A stretch of 64,000 nucleotides of DNA from Myxococcota bacterium. GTDB lineage: Bacteria > Myxococcota > UBA4151. Positions 1-10,407 of the stretch are shown here, in pieces. The position numbers and the translations under genes are program-made. Below the pieces are notes generated by a model that saw nothing but the letters and a program-made list of their open reading frames with translations, had not been told where the DNA came from and did no database searches. The number at the start of each line of letters is the position of its first letter. Within the stretch, counting starts at the first letter, position 1. The DNA lies in contig JAYZBQ010000015.1 in the NCBI GenBank assembly GCA_036338695.1, positions 32,001-96,000 of the forward strand, in the 5' to 3' direction.

Positions 1-2
1 TG

Positions 3-3000
3 CTCAAGCACCTCGGCTTGTCCGAGGCGGGGCTGCCGGTCGCTGAGCTCGCTGAGGTCTTTGGCGCAGAGGCTGTGCTGCGGCTCGACCCGCCCATGCA
101 TGAGGAGCAGCATTGGGCGTGGCTGCAGCTCAGCTATGAGCTGATGGGCGCACCAGCCATTGCGCGAGCGGAGCAGTGGGTGGGCCAGCGTGGCAACCCG
201 GAGCAGCGCCTCGAGCTCGCTCATTGGATGGTCGCAAACGGTGACCACGCCGCTGCTTTGAGGATGCTGGCAGATCAGCGACACGCCCTGCGGTGGTCTC
301 TGCTCGAACAGGTTGGCGCCTACGGTGAGCTGGTAGAACATCTCTGGCCGAGTCGGCGTCACGTGGATGCGCTCGAGCGCCTTAGGCTCGGTCGAGCGTT
401 GCTGGCTATCGGCGATGGCGCACGGGTCGAAGAGCTGCTCGCCGACGAGGCGGGAGAGGAAGCCTTTGGGTTGCGTCTCGAGGTCGCTGCGTCCGAAGGT
501 GACGCCGTCAGGGTGGCTGAGATGGTCCGGCAGGTTGGCGCGGACACGGTCGTCGCCGATGGCAACCTTCGGTGGGCGTTGTTCGATGTGCTCCACGAGC
601 ACGAGACGGAGCTAGCGCTCGACCTGGTCCGCGAGCACCTCGACGCAGCGCCCTCTCCGCAGGGCTTGCGCGCGCTGATGGAGCTCGAGCTCAGCTTTGC
701 GATGCGCCTTCAGGTGCTCGATGCGCTGCTGCTCCGTCAGCCAACGTTGGCGCTGTTTCAAGAGCGCCTCGACGGCGCGGTTGGCGCCGATCGCTTGCGG
801 CTGTTGCAACAGCGCGCGCTTTGGCGTCAGCGCCCCTCGACCGCTCAGAAAGATTTGATCGAGCTAGGGGAGCAGGAGCAGGGTACCCTGCTCGCGTTTC
901 ATACGGCGCGTCGGCTCCTGATTCGGTTTGATGGTGATCAGACGATCCTGCGGACGATGATGCGCGCTGCGGCCGAGTGCAGCTTGCTTGAAGAGACGAT
1001 CGAACCGGTCCTCCTGTGCGCCTCAAACCTCGACCATCACCGGGCGATTGAGCTGCTCGGACAAGCGGCTCTGGATTTGCTCGAGCTTGGCCGAGAGGGC
1101 TTGGCGCGCGTGGTCGTGAGTCAAATCGACGGCGCCGACCTCCGGGCGCCTGCAGCGCTTATGGCGCAATCCTCGCTTCAAGCGCGTGACGGGCAGGTCG
1201 AACTCGCCTGTCAGCGGCTCTTGGAGGCGGCGGTCCGCGAGCCCATCAAACCCGAGCAGGTGGAGCTGGCGCGGCTGGCTGTTGCGTTGGACGGCCTCAG
1301 CGTGGAGCAACTTCGGCGGCTGCGGACGCGCTGGCCGGAGGACGGCCTGCTTGTGATCGGCTGCGCCTTGAAGGAGCTCGAGTCGGGTAAGTCGGTCGAG
1401 GGTGCTGCGCTTGAGCAAGCCGCGTCGCTCCCGGTCGATGGATTTGAGCGAGCCGTGGCGGCCGGTTTGTCGGGCGCGCTCGATGGGTGCGTTGCCAAGC
1501 TCGAGCCTGGGGGGGATATCTCGTCGCTGCGCGACCTGGCGATCGGGCGCGGCCTGCGCTCGTTGCTCGATGGGCTTCGTGTGGGCGCTTGGCCCGGCGT
1601 TGGCTCCCTCTCCGACTGGGTCGAGCGTGCGATCGAACTCGAGGCCTATGACGAGGCGCTTGCGTTGTGCACGGAGGATCCAGGTGACCTCAGCGTGGAC
1701 GTGTTGTCTCACGCGTTGCGCGCGCTGGCGCTCGGTGGCCGCGATGAGCGCGCTGATGTACTCGGGCTGCGTGCGCTCGATCTCGGGCTCTGGGACGAGC
1801 ACCTCGTCGACGTCGCGCGCAAGGCGAGCACAGGCAGTGAGTTGTTTCGGCGCGTGCTGGAACACGACGCCACGAACCTCGAGTTGATCGCTAAGGCGCG
1901 CCGCGCAGAGCCGAAGCTCGCGCTCGAACTTCTCGGAGCGCTCAACAGCGCGCTCGGGCGCGCCGCAGCGCTTGGGCTGTCCGCTGAGACGCCTGTGGAT
2001 GCCGCTACGGCACGTGAGGTATTTGAACGCGCAGTAGCGGAGGTTGGGCGAGCGCCGTTGCTGCTTCGGTGGTGGGCTGAGACGGTCGGTGATGCCGATG
2101 TGGAGCTGCTCGATGAGGCGATCGACGCCAACCCCGGCGCATGGTCGGCCAAGCGGCTCTTGAGCCTGGCGCGCCAGCGGGTGGGCGAGGACCGCTCGGG
2201 CGCGCGCACCTTGCTGCAGCGCGCCTTTGCGCTCGAGCCCAACGACCACGACGTCCGCCGCGCGCTCAGTGATCTCTGGCGAACAGAGGACAGCGAGCAG
2301 GCGCGCCAGTATCTCGAGCCGCTGCTGTCCATCGAAGAGCCGCTGCCGCGGGATCTGCGTCGGCGGGCTCGGATCGAGTTGGTCGAGGGCGATCTTGAAG
2401 CGGCGGCGCGGAGCTTTGAGCTCAGCGGCATCCCGCAGCGGGCAGGCCCGCTTTCTGACGCACTTTACGTTTTTATGCAGACCGATCGCTGGGAACAGGC
2501 GGGGCAGTGGTGTGAGGCGTTGATTCGTCAGCACGGGCACGCCATGAGCCAAACGGAGCTCGGGAGCCTCTACACGGACCTCGGGACTGTGCGGCTTGGG
2601 ATGGGGCAGCCCGTGGCCGCCAGCGCATCTTTCGAGCGCGCCATCAGCTTGGGCGATGAGCGGGGTGAGACCCTAGACGGCCTCGGACGTGCGCTCCTCG
2701 ATGTGCCGCATCGGCGGCATGATGCGCTGAAGGTGATCGAGCGCGCGCTGCCGAAGGTGACGTCAGAGCGCCGCATCGAGTTGCTGCTGCTGCGCACCGA
2801 GTCGATCGAAGACGCTTGGCAGGTCGCCGACCTTTTGGAAGCGTATCGGTTTGAGATCGACGGGCCGTTCGCGCTCGTGGAGCGGCTCGCCAAGGCGTAC
2901 CGGCAGACCGCTCGATACGATGAGGCCTTCGCCGCCGGGATGCGCGCGCTCGACGATGCGCCGGCGCAAGAACGAGCCCCCATGCTGGTCTGGCTTGGGG

Positions 3001-4307
3001 ACCTCGCCTACCATGATCTAGCGGATCTGCAGCGGGCGCTCGCCTCATGGAACTCGGCGCTGGACTTGGATCCGTCCTGCCGCGCAGCCTTGGATTTGAT
3101 CGAGGCGGCCTGCGTTGAGAGCGAGTCCTGGGACCTCTTGGTGGTGAACCTTAACGCTCAGATCGAGCGGTTTGAGGTGGACCAAGAAGAGGAGCGCTAC
3201 AGCACTTGGGGACGGGTCGTTCGCCTAGCCAACGAGGGGCTGCAGCGCCCGGAGTTGGCGGTGACGGGGTTGTCCGAGATGCTTGCGCTACGCGACCTCG
3301 CCGGAACGCGTGTTGAGCTCGCTGGCGCGCTCATTGCGCTGGAGCGCTGGAGTGAGGTGATCTCCTTGCTCGAGCCGATATGGCGCGTGCGCGGGTTGAG
3401 CGACGAAGGTGCAGACTATCTCCTCCGGTCTTACGTTGAAACGCATCAATATTGGCGTGCCGTCTCGGTCGCCGACGTCTTGAGCGTGCGCGGGATCGAG
3501 CAGAGCAGCCCCGATGAGGTGCGTGCGTGGCGCCGGCAAAGCGTGGCGGCGACGCCCTTGACCGCCGCCGAACAGAGCGCCTTGCTGCCACCGCTCCTCG
3601 CGGGGCCCGTTGGGGAGGCGCTGACCTCCGCCTGGCACCTACTGCATCCTGCGATCGAGCGAGATCCGCAGCGCCCGAATGGTCTCTTTGGGCGTCGGCA
3701 TCGCCATGTGGCCGAAGAAGATGAGCGGCTCGCAGTCCAGGTTTTCTATCGGGTGGCGCGGTTCTTTCGGCAGCCCGAGTCGAGCTTGTACATCATCCCG
3801 CGCAGCAGCGAGAATCTCAGGATTTTTCCAAGCAAGCCGCTCAGCTTGGTCGCTGGCGAGTTCGCTCCCATTTTGCGCGATGATCAGCAGGCTGCCTTAC
3901 GCTTTCAGATCGGGCGAGTGCTCGGGATCATGCGGCCTGAGGTGGCGCTGATCTCAGCGATTGGGCTCCAGGGTTTGACCGACTTATGCGCCGCCGTTGG
4001 GCTGCGCGCTCAGCGCCCCGACCCAACGATGGTGGGTCATTGGCGAGAGCTGCTTGGCGGTGCGCTCGAGTTTCAGCTGCGCGCCCACCTCGACCGGTTG
4101 ATTGAAGAGCCGATCGAGCATCTCGCCGGCGCAACCGAGCGGCTCTCACTGTGTTCGGGACTGGTCGCCTGCGGTGATCTGTCCATTGCGCTCGAGGAGG
4201 CGAGACGGAGCGACCCGCTGCACGCTCGGCTCTCCGATCGGGACATTGAAGAACTGTTCTGCCGTATGTGGAGTGGGGAGCATCGCTTTGTGGGGCGAGT
4301 CGGTTAG
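3..4307 (+). CDS. Large TPR/alpha-solenoid protein, 5'-partial; candidate GltI/AgmK-like gliding protein
   Basis: Frame is open from base 3, so the gene likely starts before the window. Ala/Leu/Glu/Arg-rich with TPR-like units (LQRAFALEPNDHDVRRAL; SFERAISLG; WNSALDLDPSC). Lies directly upstream of a GltJ-like gene. Confidence 0.7.
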   Translation, partial: LKHLGLSEAGLPVAELAEVFGAEAVLRLDPPMHEEQHWAWLQLSYELMGAPAIARAEQWVGQRGNPEQRLELAHWMVANGDHAAALRMLADQRHALRWSLLEQVGAYGELVEHLWPSRRHVDALERLRLGRALLAIGDGARVEELLADEAGEEAFGLRLEVAASEGDAVRVAEMVRQVGADTVVADGNLRWALFDVLHEHETELALDLVREHLDAAPSPQGLRALMELELSFAMRLQVLDALLLRQPTLALFQERLDGAVGADRLRLLQQRALWRQRPSTAQKDLIELGEQEQGTLLAFHTARRLLIRFDGDQTILRTMMRAAAECSLLEETIEPVLLCASNLDHHRAIELLGQAALDLLELGREGLARVVVSQIDGADLRAPAALMAQSSLQARDGQVELACQRLLEAAVREPIKPEQVELARLAVALDGLSVEQLRRLRTRWPEDGLLVIGCALKELESGKSVEGAALEQAASLPVDGFERAVAAGLSGALDGCVAKLEPGGDISSLRDLAIGRGLRSLLDGLRVGAWPGVGSLSDWVERAIELEAYDEALALCTEDPGDLSVDVLSHALRALALGGRDERADVLGLRALDLGLWDEHLVDVARKASTGSELFRRVLEHDATNLELIAKARRAEPKLALELLGALNSALGRAAALGLSAETPVDAATAREVFERAVAEVGRAPLLLRWWAETVGDADVELLDEAIDANPGAWSAKRLLSLARQRVGEDRSGARTLLQRAFALEPNDHDVRRALSDLWRTEDSEQARQYLEPLLSIEEPLPRDLRRRARIELVEGDLEAAARSFELSGIPQRAGPLSDALYVFMQTDRWEQAGQWCEALIRQHGHAMSQTELGSLYTDLGTVRLGMGQPVAASASFERAISLGDERGETLDGLGRALLDVPHRRHDALKVIERALPKVTSERRIELLLLRTESIEDAWQVADLLEAYRFEIDGPFALVERLAKAYRQTARYDEAFAAGMRALDDAPAQERAPMLVWLGDLAYHDLADLQRALASWNSALDLDPSCRAALDLIEAACVESESWDLLVVNLNAQIERFEVDQEEERYSTWGRVVRLANEGLQRPELAVTGLSEMLALRDLAGTRVELAGALIALERWSEVISLLEPIWRVRGLSDEGADYLLRSYVETHQYWRAVSVADVLSVRGIEQSSPDEVRAWRRQSVAATPLTAAEQSALLPPLLAGPVGEALTSAWHLLHPAIERDPQRPNGLFGRRHRHVAEEDERLAVQVFYRVARFFRQPESSLYIIPRSSENLRIFPSKPLSLVAGEFAPILRDDQQAALRFQIGRVLGIMRPEVALISAIGLQGLTDLCAAVGLRAQRPDPTMVGHWRELLGGALEFQLRAHLDRLIEEPIEHLAGATERLSLCSGLVACGDLSIALEEARRSDPLHARLSDRDIEELFCRMWSGEHRFVGRVG

Positions 4308-4356
4308 CGGTCGTGAAGTGGACGGCGTAGGCGGTCTGTGAGAACATCATCCCGCT

Positions 4357-5508
4357 ATGCGCTTTGCCTGTCCTAGTTGCGGTTCTGGATACCGAATCGA
4401 TGAGGATCGCATCCCGCCTGAGGGTGCTCGACTCGACTGCGGGCGGTGCAGCAGCCGCCTGCTGATTCGCCGGGGCAAGGACCCGGTTCTCGTGGATGCC
4501 GAGGCGCTGGTCCCGTATGACGGGGCAGATGGTCGTGACCTCACCGCTGATTTCACGCTGATCGACCTTGAGGGAGCTCTTGAGCAAGCTCAAGCTGATG
4601 AGGTCTGGCACATCACCGACGACGACGGCGCGCAGCGGCAGGTTAGCCACAGCGAGTTCATCGATGCGTTAATCGACGGAACGCTCACGGGCGAGTCGCT
4701 GGTCTGGCGTCCCGGGCTTGAGGCTTGGACTCCGATCGCCAAGGAGCGGCGTGCAGCGGAGCTGCTCAGACGGGCGGGTCCGTGGCAGTCGGGATCGATC
4801 ACCAGTATTTTCGAAGCCGCCAAGCTGGGCGTTGACTCGAGGGAGCGCGCCTCGGTCTCCCCGCAAGCGGCGCCCGCTGCGATCGAGCAGATGATCCGGC
4901 AGCCGACGATGCCGCCCTCGGCGCTGCCCAGCGATGTGCAAGCGGAGCTTGAGGATCGGCTCGGCGAGTCCCCTGAGGTCGTGATCGCCCATGATGGCTT
5001 GCTGCGGCGCGCCAACGCAGCCTCGCCGGTGGCGGTTGCGGTCCGACGTAACCAACGCCGTCTCTTCATGATGGCGCTCGGCGTTCCGTTGTTGATCGTT
5101 CTGTCATGGCGCGTGGCGACCTGGCCGAGGGGTGATCAAACGGTGGTGTCCGAGGCGAAGCAGGCACGCACCGAGCGGGTCGCACCCAAGGGTGAGGAGC
5201 AGCAAGAACAGGAGCGTCGTCGGCGTCAGCGTCTCTTGCTCAAGCGAGGCAGCTTCCGCCTGGACTCGGACCAGAAGGCGGAGGTGGTTCAGCGTGAGCT
5301 GGGGTCACTGAAAGCCTGCGGTGCCGGGCAAGGCGGTGACGGGATGGTGCGCTTTCGGATCAAGCCGAACGGCGCTGCCTTTGACATCCGTGTGGCTGGC
5401 GTCACCGGCGCAGCAGCTCAGTGCATCCGGCAGACGATCGCTCGGTGGCGTTTCCCTCGCTTTACCGGTCCAGCCGATGAGATGAGCTTCCCGCTACCCC
5501 GCGATTGA
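4357..5508 (+). CDS. Zinc-ribbon + GYF_2 + TM + TonB_C-like membrane protein (GltJ/AgmX-like)
   Basis: N-terminal CPSC...CGRC finger; GYF_2-like LVWRPGLEAWTPI; one TM (LFMMALGVPLLIVLSW); C-terminal VRFRIKPNG...QCIRQTIARWRFPRF. Confidence 0.75.
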   Translation: MRFACPSCGSGYRIDEDRIPPEGARLDCGRCSSRLLIRRGKDPVLVDAEALVPYDGADGRDLTADFTLIDLEGALEQAQADEVWHITDDDGAQRQVSHSEFIDALIDGTLTGESLVWRPGLEAWTPIAKERRAAELLRRAGPWQSGSITSIFEAAKLGVDSRERASVSPQAAPAAIEQMIRQPTMPPSALPSDVQAELEDRLGESPEVVIAHDGLLRRANAASPVAVAVRRNQRRLFMMALGVPLLIVLSWRVATWPRGDQTVVSEAKQARTERVAPKGEEQQEQERRRRQRLLLKRGSFRLDSDQKAEVVQRELGSLKACGAGQGGDGMVRFRIKPNGAAFDIRVAGVTGAAAQCIRQTIARWRFPRFTGPADEMSFPLPRD

Positions 5509-5551
5509 CAGGGCGCGTTCGATCAGTTCACGTGATGTAAGGAGCCAGTCT

Positions 5552-6304
5552 ATGGACACAGCCGCAACGCTTTGCGCAGCGCTCGATGAGCTCTTGGAGA
5601 TCGATCGGTTCAAGGACGCCAGCCTCAACGGGCTTCAGCTCGATGCCGGCGGAGCCATCCGCCGGGTCGTATGCGGCGTGAGCGCCAATCGAGCCATGAT
5701 CGAGGCGGCGATTGAGGCGCAGGCGCAGCTGCTTGTGGTGCATCATGGCTGGTTGTGGGGGCGGTGTGAGCGCCTAACCGGTATGTTCGGCGACCGCGTA
5801 CGCCGCTGCTTTGAGGGGGGACTGAGCGTCGCCGGTTACCACCTGCCGCTCGACGCACACCCGAGGCTGGGCAACAACGCCGGGCTCGCCGACTTGCTCG
5901 GGCTCACCGACCGAGAGCCATTCGCGGTCTACTCGGGCACGCCGATCGGGTTCAAGGGGAAGCTCCCGGAGCCCGTCGAACTGGGCGTTTTGGTCGAGCG
6001 TCTTCGAGAGGGGCTTGGGGGCGTGAATTTCGCTTTTGGCGACCTCAAGCGCCCGGTTCAAAGCGTCGGGCTGTGCAGCGGAGGTGCGGCGAATCACATC
6101 GTCGAAGCAGCCGCTGAGGGGCTTGATCTGTACCTGACGGGTGAGGCGGAGGAGTGGACCAAGGCGCAAGCCGAGGAGCTCGGCGTCGCCTTTATCGCCG
6201 GAGGGCATCACCGGACGGAACGTTTCGGCCCCAAAGGGATCGCTCGTCACCTCGCAGAGCAGGGCATCGACGCTCGGTTCATCGACGTCTCGAACCCCGT
6301 CTGA
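5552..6304 (+). CDS. Nif3-like dinuclear metal centre protein (YbgI family)
   Basis: D.SLNGLQ, LLVVHHG, YHLPLDAH, GNN, CSGG and GHHRTE motifs; AAGGAG RBS. Confidence 0.92.
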   Translation: MDTAATLCAALDELLEIDRFKDASLNGLQLDAGGAIRRVVCGVSANRAMIEAAIEAQAQLLVVHHGWLWGRCERLTGMFGDRVRRCFEGGLSVAGYHLPLDAHPRLGNNAGLADLLGLTDREPFAVYSGTPIGFKGKLPEPVELGVLVERLREGLGGVNFAFGDLKRPVQSVGLCSGGAANHIVEAAAEGLDLYLTGEAEEWTKAQAEELGVAFIAGGHHRTERFGPKGIARHLAEQGIDARFIDVSNPV

Positions 6305-6305
6305 C

Positions 6306-8516
6306 TCAGTAGCTCAGCAGCTTGCGCACCGTTGCGATGACGTCTGGGACCTGCGGAAGGATCCGGTCTTCGAGGTCTGGGTGGTACCCGACGAAGGTAT
6401 CCGTTGAGGCGAGCCTCATGACCGGCGCATCGAGCCAGTCGAACAGCTCTTCGGCAGCCCATGCGGCGACCTCAGCTCCGCTACCCCAGCTCTTGTTGTC
6501 CTCGTAGATCACCGCCAGTCGGTTGGTCTTCTGGACCGACGCGCGCACGCTTTCTTGGTCCCATGGGCTGACGCTGCGCAGATCAAGGATCTCGAGGTGG
6601 ATCCCTTCAGCTTCAAGCTGTCGCTGAGCCTCTTGAACCCGGCGCACCAAGTTGCCGTAGGTGACGATGGTGGCGTCGGTGCCCTCACGCAGGACCTTGG
6701 CGGCGCCGAAGGGGACGGTGAACTCGGGGCCTGGATTGGGCGCCTTGTTGTATGTCTGCCGGTAGAGGTGTTTGGGTTCGAGCATCATGACCGGGTCGTC
6801 GCAGCGAATCGCCGTGCGTAGCAAGCCGGCGGCGTCCTGAGCGTTGGAGGGCATCATCACGCGCAAACCGGGCGTGTGCGTGAACAGCGTCTCGCCTGTC
6901 TGGCTGTGATAGATGGCGCCGCCTTTGAGGTACCCACCGTAGGGGACGCGTACGACCACGGGGGCGATGAAGTCGCCGTTCGAGCGCCAGCGCGTGGTCG
7001 CGAGCTCGTTTCGAAGCTGCTGCATCGCCGGCCAGATGTAATCGAAGAACTGGATCTCGACGACCGGACGCAGCCCACGCATCGCCATGCCGACGGCGCG
7101 GCCGATAATGTTCGCCTCAGCGAGTGGGCTGTTAAAGCAGCGCTCTTTCCCAAAGGCACGCTGAAGTCCGGCGGTCAGCTTGAACACGCCGCCTTTACCT
7201 TTGAGCTCTTCGAGGTTCTCTTCACGGCTCATGTCGGCGACGTCCTCACCGAAGACCACGATGCGCGGATCACGAGCCATCTCCGTGTGCAGGACGTCGT
7301 TGATGAGGTCCGCCATCCCCTTGTCTGCGCCCTCGGTCAGCGCCTCGCTCAGGTAGGTCGCCTCGGTGCCGTTGTTGTCCGGGCTGTAGACCTGCTCAAA
7401 GACGCTCTCGGGATCATGGGGGGGGCTGGCCTCGGCGGCAGCGAGACCCGCCTCGATCTCTGCGAGGATGTCCGCTCGCACCGCCTCAAGCTCGCTCGCC
7501 TTGCACACCTTTTTGTTGATCAGGCGGTCGCCGAAGCTCGCGATCGGGCAGCGCCCTTGAGCCAGCTCAAGCTCCGCCGCCGGGCGGTACATGGTCTCGT
7601 CATCGCTCATGGAGTGGCTGTAGAGCCGCACCACGTGCCCGTGGATCAGCGCAGGGCCTTTGCCCTCTCGGCACCAAGCGATCGCCTCTTCGGCTGCGAG
7701 CTGAGCGCCCACCGGATCGCATCCATCGACCTCGACACATTTGAGGTTGGGGAAGTCGCCAAACAGACGAGAGATCGAGTCGCCGCTCGTGCCCACCTCG
7801 CGCGGGACCGAGATGGCGTAGCCGTTGTCCTCGACGACAAAGACGACCGGGAGCTTAAGGTTGGTTGCGGTGTTGAGGGCTTCCCACCACTCGCCCTCGC
7901 TGGTCGCTCCGTCGCCCGTACAGCAGACGACGACCTCTTCGGGGTGGCTGTCTTCTAAGCCCTCGGTGATCCCTTGGCCCTTGAGCCATTCGAGATAGCG
8001 ACCGGCTTCGGCAGCCCCTACGGCGTGAAGGAATTGGGTCCCCGTGCAGGAGGATTTGTTGAGGATTTTAAGCTCTTTGCATCCGAAATGGACGGGCATC
8101 TGTCGGCCGCCGCCGCTCGGCTCGTCGGGGGTTCCGAGCGCAGCCTTCATGTTGGCTTCGGCGTCGTAACCCAAGGTGAGCATCAGCGCCCGGTCACGGT
8201 AGTAGCCCACCGCCCAGTCACGCCCGGGAACGAGGGCTCGACCGACCGCCGTCTGCAAACCCTCGTGTCCTGCACCGGAGATCTGAAAGTAGATCCGAGA
8301 CTGACGCTTGAGTTTGACCTCTTGATCGTCCAGGAGGCGCGACATCAGCATGTTGCGATAAATCGCCAGGCAGTCCTGCTTGCTGAAGCGCTTCGGGATG
8401 GGCAGCGTGCGCAAAGCCTCGGGCGAGTGGAGCGTCAAACCCGTTGTGGTCTTGCCTGCCTTGCCGTTTCGCTTGGGTCGTGATGTGCCGTTCGCTGCGC
8501 TGACTGTCGTGCCCAT
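6306..8516 (-). CDS. 2-oxoacid (probably branched-chain) dehydrogenase E1, alpha/beta fusion
   Basis: Alpha part: ThDP motif GDGATSEG...N, YYRD, HSMSDD. Beta part: GEDV, SPLAE, EIQFFDY, YHSQ. ATG at 8516 has a GGGGAA RBS (ORF track start 8528). Confidence 0.92.
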   Translation of the reverse strand: MGTTVSAANGTSRPKRNGKAGKTTTGLTLHSPEALRTLPIPKRFSKQDCLAIYRNMLMSRLLDDQEVKLKRQSRIYFQISGAGHEGLQTAVGRALVPGRDWAVGYYRDRALMLTLGYDAEANMKAALGTPDEPSGGGRQMPVHFGCKELKILNKSSCTGTQFLHAVGAAEAGRYLEWLKGQGITEGLEDSHPEEVVVCCTGDGATSEGEWWEALNTATNLKLPVVFVVEDNGYAISVPREVGTSGDSISRLFGDFPNLKCVEVDGCDPVGAQLAAEEAIAWCREGKGPALIHGHVVRLYSHSMSDDETMYRPAAELELAQGRCPIASFGDRLINKKVCKASELEAVRADILAEIEAGLAAAEASPPHDPESVFEQVYSPDNNGTEATYLSEALTEGADKGMADLINDVLHTEMARDPRIVVFGEDVADMSREENLEELKGKGGVFKLTAGLQRAFGKERCFNSPLAEANIIGRAVGMAMRGLRPVVEIQFFDYIWPAMQQLRNELATTRWRSNGDFIAPVVVRVPYGGYLKGGAIYHSQTGETLFTHTPGLRVMMPSNAQDAAGLLRTAIRCDDPVMMLEPKHLYRQTYNKAPNPGPEFTVPFGAAKVLREGTDATIVTYGNLVRRVQEAQRQLEAEGIHLEILDLRSVSPWDQESVRASVQKTNRLAVIYEDNKSWGSGAEVAAWAAEELFDWLDAPVMRLASTDTFVGYHPDLEDRILPQVPDVIATVRKLLSY

Positions 8517-8580
8517 GTCGTTCCCCACCGTGATGCAGGGTCATCTGCCCGGAAACGCGACGCAGTTCCAGGCCAAAGCG

Positions 8581-10407
8581 CTACGAGGGCGTCGTCAGGG
8601 CACGGTGATGCGCGACGAGCTCGGCGTACGCCCCACCTTGAGCGAGGAGCTCAGCAGGTGAACCGCTCTCCAAGACCCTGCCTTGATCTAACACGATGAT
8701 CCGATCGGACTTTTCAACCGTGCTGAGTCGGTGGGCGATGACGAGGGCAGTGCGCCCCTCGAGGACCGCTTCGGTCGTGCGAGTCAGCAAGCGCTCGGTC
8801 TCTTGGTCGATGTTGGCGGTTGCCTCGTCGAGCAGCAGCACCTCTGGGTTCCGGTACAGGGCACGCGCCATCGCCACCAGCTGGCGCTCGCCCGCTGAGA
8901 GGTTGCTCCCACCTTCGAGGATCTCGGGGGCATCCCCATCGGCTTGATCGGCGTCTCGGCGCGCTGCGAGTCGTTCTTTGACCTGGTCGAGGTGGCTGGC
9001 TTGGAACGCAAGCGCTAGCCGCTCAGCGTCGACGTCGAGCGCATCCATGGTGATGTTTTGCTCGAGGGAGCCGGCGAACAAGAAGCTGTCTTGCTGTACC
9101 ACACCGAGCCGTTTGCGCAGGCTCGACGCCTCGAGCTGCGCGAGGTCGGTTCCGTTGACGGTGACGCGACCTGACTGCGGAGACCGGAAGCGCAGCAGGA
9201 GCGCAAGCAGCGTCGATTTACCCGAGCCGGTGCGACCGACGATGGCGACACGTTCGCCTTGGCGCAGGGTAAAATCGACGTCCGAGAGCACGGGCTCGTC
9301 GGGCAAATAATGGAAGTGAACCCCCTCAAGCCGCATGGACTCGATGGGTTGATCGAGGACGACGGGCGACTCGTTATCGCCCAGCTCGATCGGCGTATCG
9401 AGCAAGCCAAAGACACGATCCGCCGACGCAAAGCCGGCTTGCAGCATCGCGTACTTGCTGCCGAGGTCGCGCAAGGGCGTGAAGAAGCGACGCATGTACT
9501 CGGAGAAAGCGATCAGGAGTCCAAGCGTGACGAGCCCTTGATCGAGCGCGCCGGCGCCATACCAGATGATGAGCGCCGTCGAGACCGTGCCGATGGATTC
9601 GATAACGGCGAACAGCGTGACGTCGTAACGGATGGTATCAAACGCTGCGTCGCGATAGCCTTGGTTTTGCGCATCGTAGCGGGACTCAAGGTAGTCTTCG
9701 GCGGCGAAGAGTTGGACCGTGCTTAGCCCGTTGAGCGTCTCTTGAAGGTACGCGTTCAAGGCGGAAGAACGTCGCCTCAATGAGCCGTAGGTGTTGTGCG
9801 CGTAGCGCTGAAAGACGCGCATGATGACGAGCAGGGGCGGAACGACCAGCATGGCGAAGAGCGCCAGCTTGACGTCGAGGACGAAGAGCCAAATCGTCAC
9901 CGCTGCGAGCAGGATCAGATCTGCCACCATCCCGACGGCGCCGAAGGCAAAGACCTCGGTCAGGCTGTCGATGTCGTTGGTCATGCGAGCCATGACCCGG
10001 CCGACCGGTTCGTGGTCATAAATCTTGAGGTCGAGCCGCATCGCCTTGTCGAAGGTGGTCCGGCGTAGGTCACGCAGCGTGTTCAGACCGAGCCGCTGCA
10101 GACAGAGCTGTTGAAGGCCCATCGCCGCAGCGCCACCGAGCGCGGCGGCGACCCCAATGAGTCCGTAGTGGGTGACCCCTGCCAAACGCTCTGCGCTCGA
10201 TCCTGCCCCTTTAAGGTACTCATCGATCGCTTCGCCAATGAGCCAAGGCTCGAGCATCATGGCGCCGACAATCGGGATGTACAGCAGCAGGGCGGTGAAC
10301 AAGAGGCTACGGTGAGGCTTCATGTAGAGCCACAAGCGCACGATCAGCTGCGCATCGGTCAGATCGCTCAGGCGCTCGTCTCGGTGCGTATGGGTGGGCT
10401 GACTCAT
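8581..10407 (-). CDS. ABC exporter permease/ATPase half-transporter (MdlB/TmrA-like subunit)
   Basis: TM domain; Walker A GRTGSGKST; signature LSAGERQ; Walker B LLLDEAT; IAHR. ATG at 10407 overlaps the upstream stop. Confidence 0.92.
   Translation of the reverse strand: MSQPTHTHRDERLSDLTDAQLIVRLWLYMKPHRSLLFTALLLYIPIVGAMMLEPWLIGEAIDEYLKGAGSSAERLAGVTHYGLIGVAAALGGAAAMGLQQLCLQRLGLNTLRDLRRTTFDKAMRLDLKIYDHEPVGRVMARMTNDIDSLTEVFAFGAVGMVADLILLAAVTIWLFVLDVKLALFAMLVVPPLLVIMRVFQRYAHNTYGSLRRRSSALNAYLQETLNGLSTVQLFAAEDYLESRYDAQNQGYRDAAFDTIRYDVTLFAVIESIGTVSTALIIWYGAGALDQGLVTLGLLIAFSEYMRRFFTPLRDLGSKYAMLQAGFASADRVFGLLDTPIELGDNESPVVLDQPIESMRLEGVHFHYLPDEPVLSDVDFTLRQGERVAIVGRTGSGKSTLLALLLRFRSPQSGRVTVNGTDLAQLEASSLRKRLGVVQQDSFLFAGSLEQNITMDALDVDAERLALAFQASHLDQVKERLAARRDADQADGDAPEILEGGSNLSAGERQLVAMARALYRNPEVLLLDEATANIDQETERLLTRTTEAVLEGRTALVIAHRLSTVEKSDRIIVLDQGRVLESGSPAELLAQGGAYAELVAHHRALTTPS

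Noticed and set aside
5505..5533. TTGACA -35 upstream of the Nif3 gene
   Set aside because: Overlaps the upstream stop codon and has no convincing -10 at 17 nt spacing
7418..7425. G8 tracts (also 21897-21904) as phase-variation sites
   Set aside because: Short, in intact reading frames, and expected at this GC content
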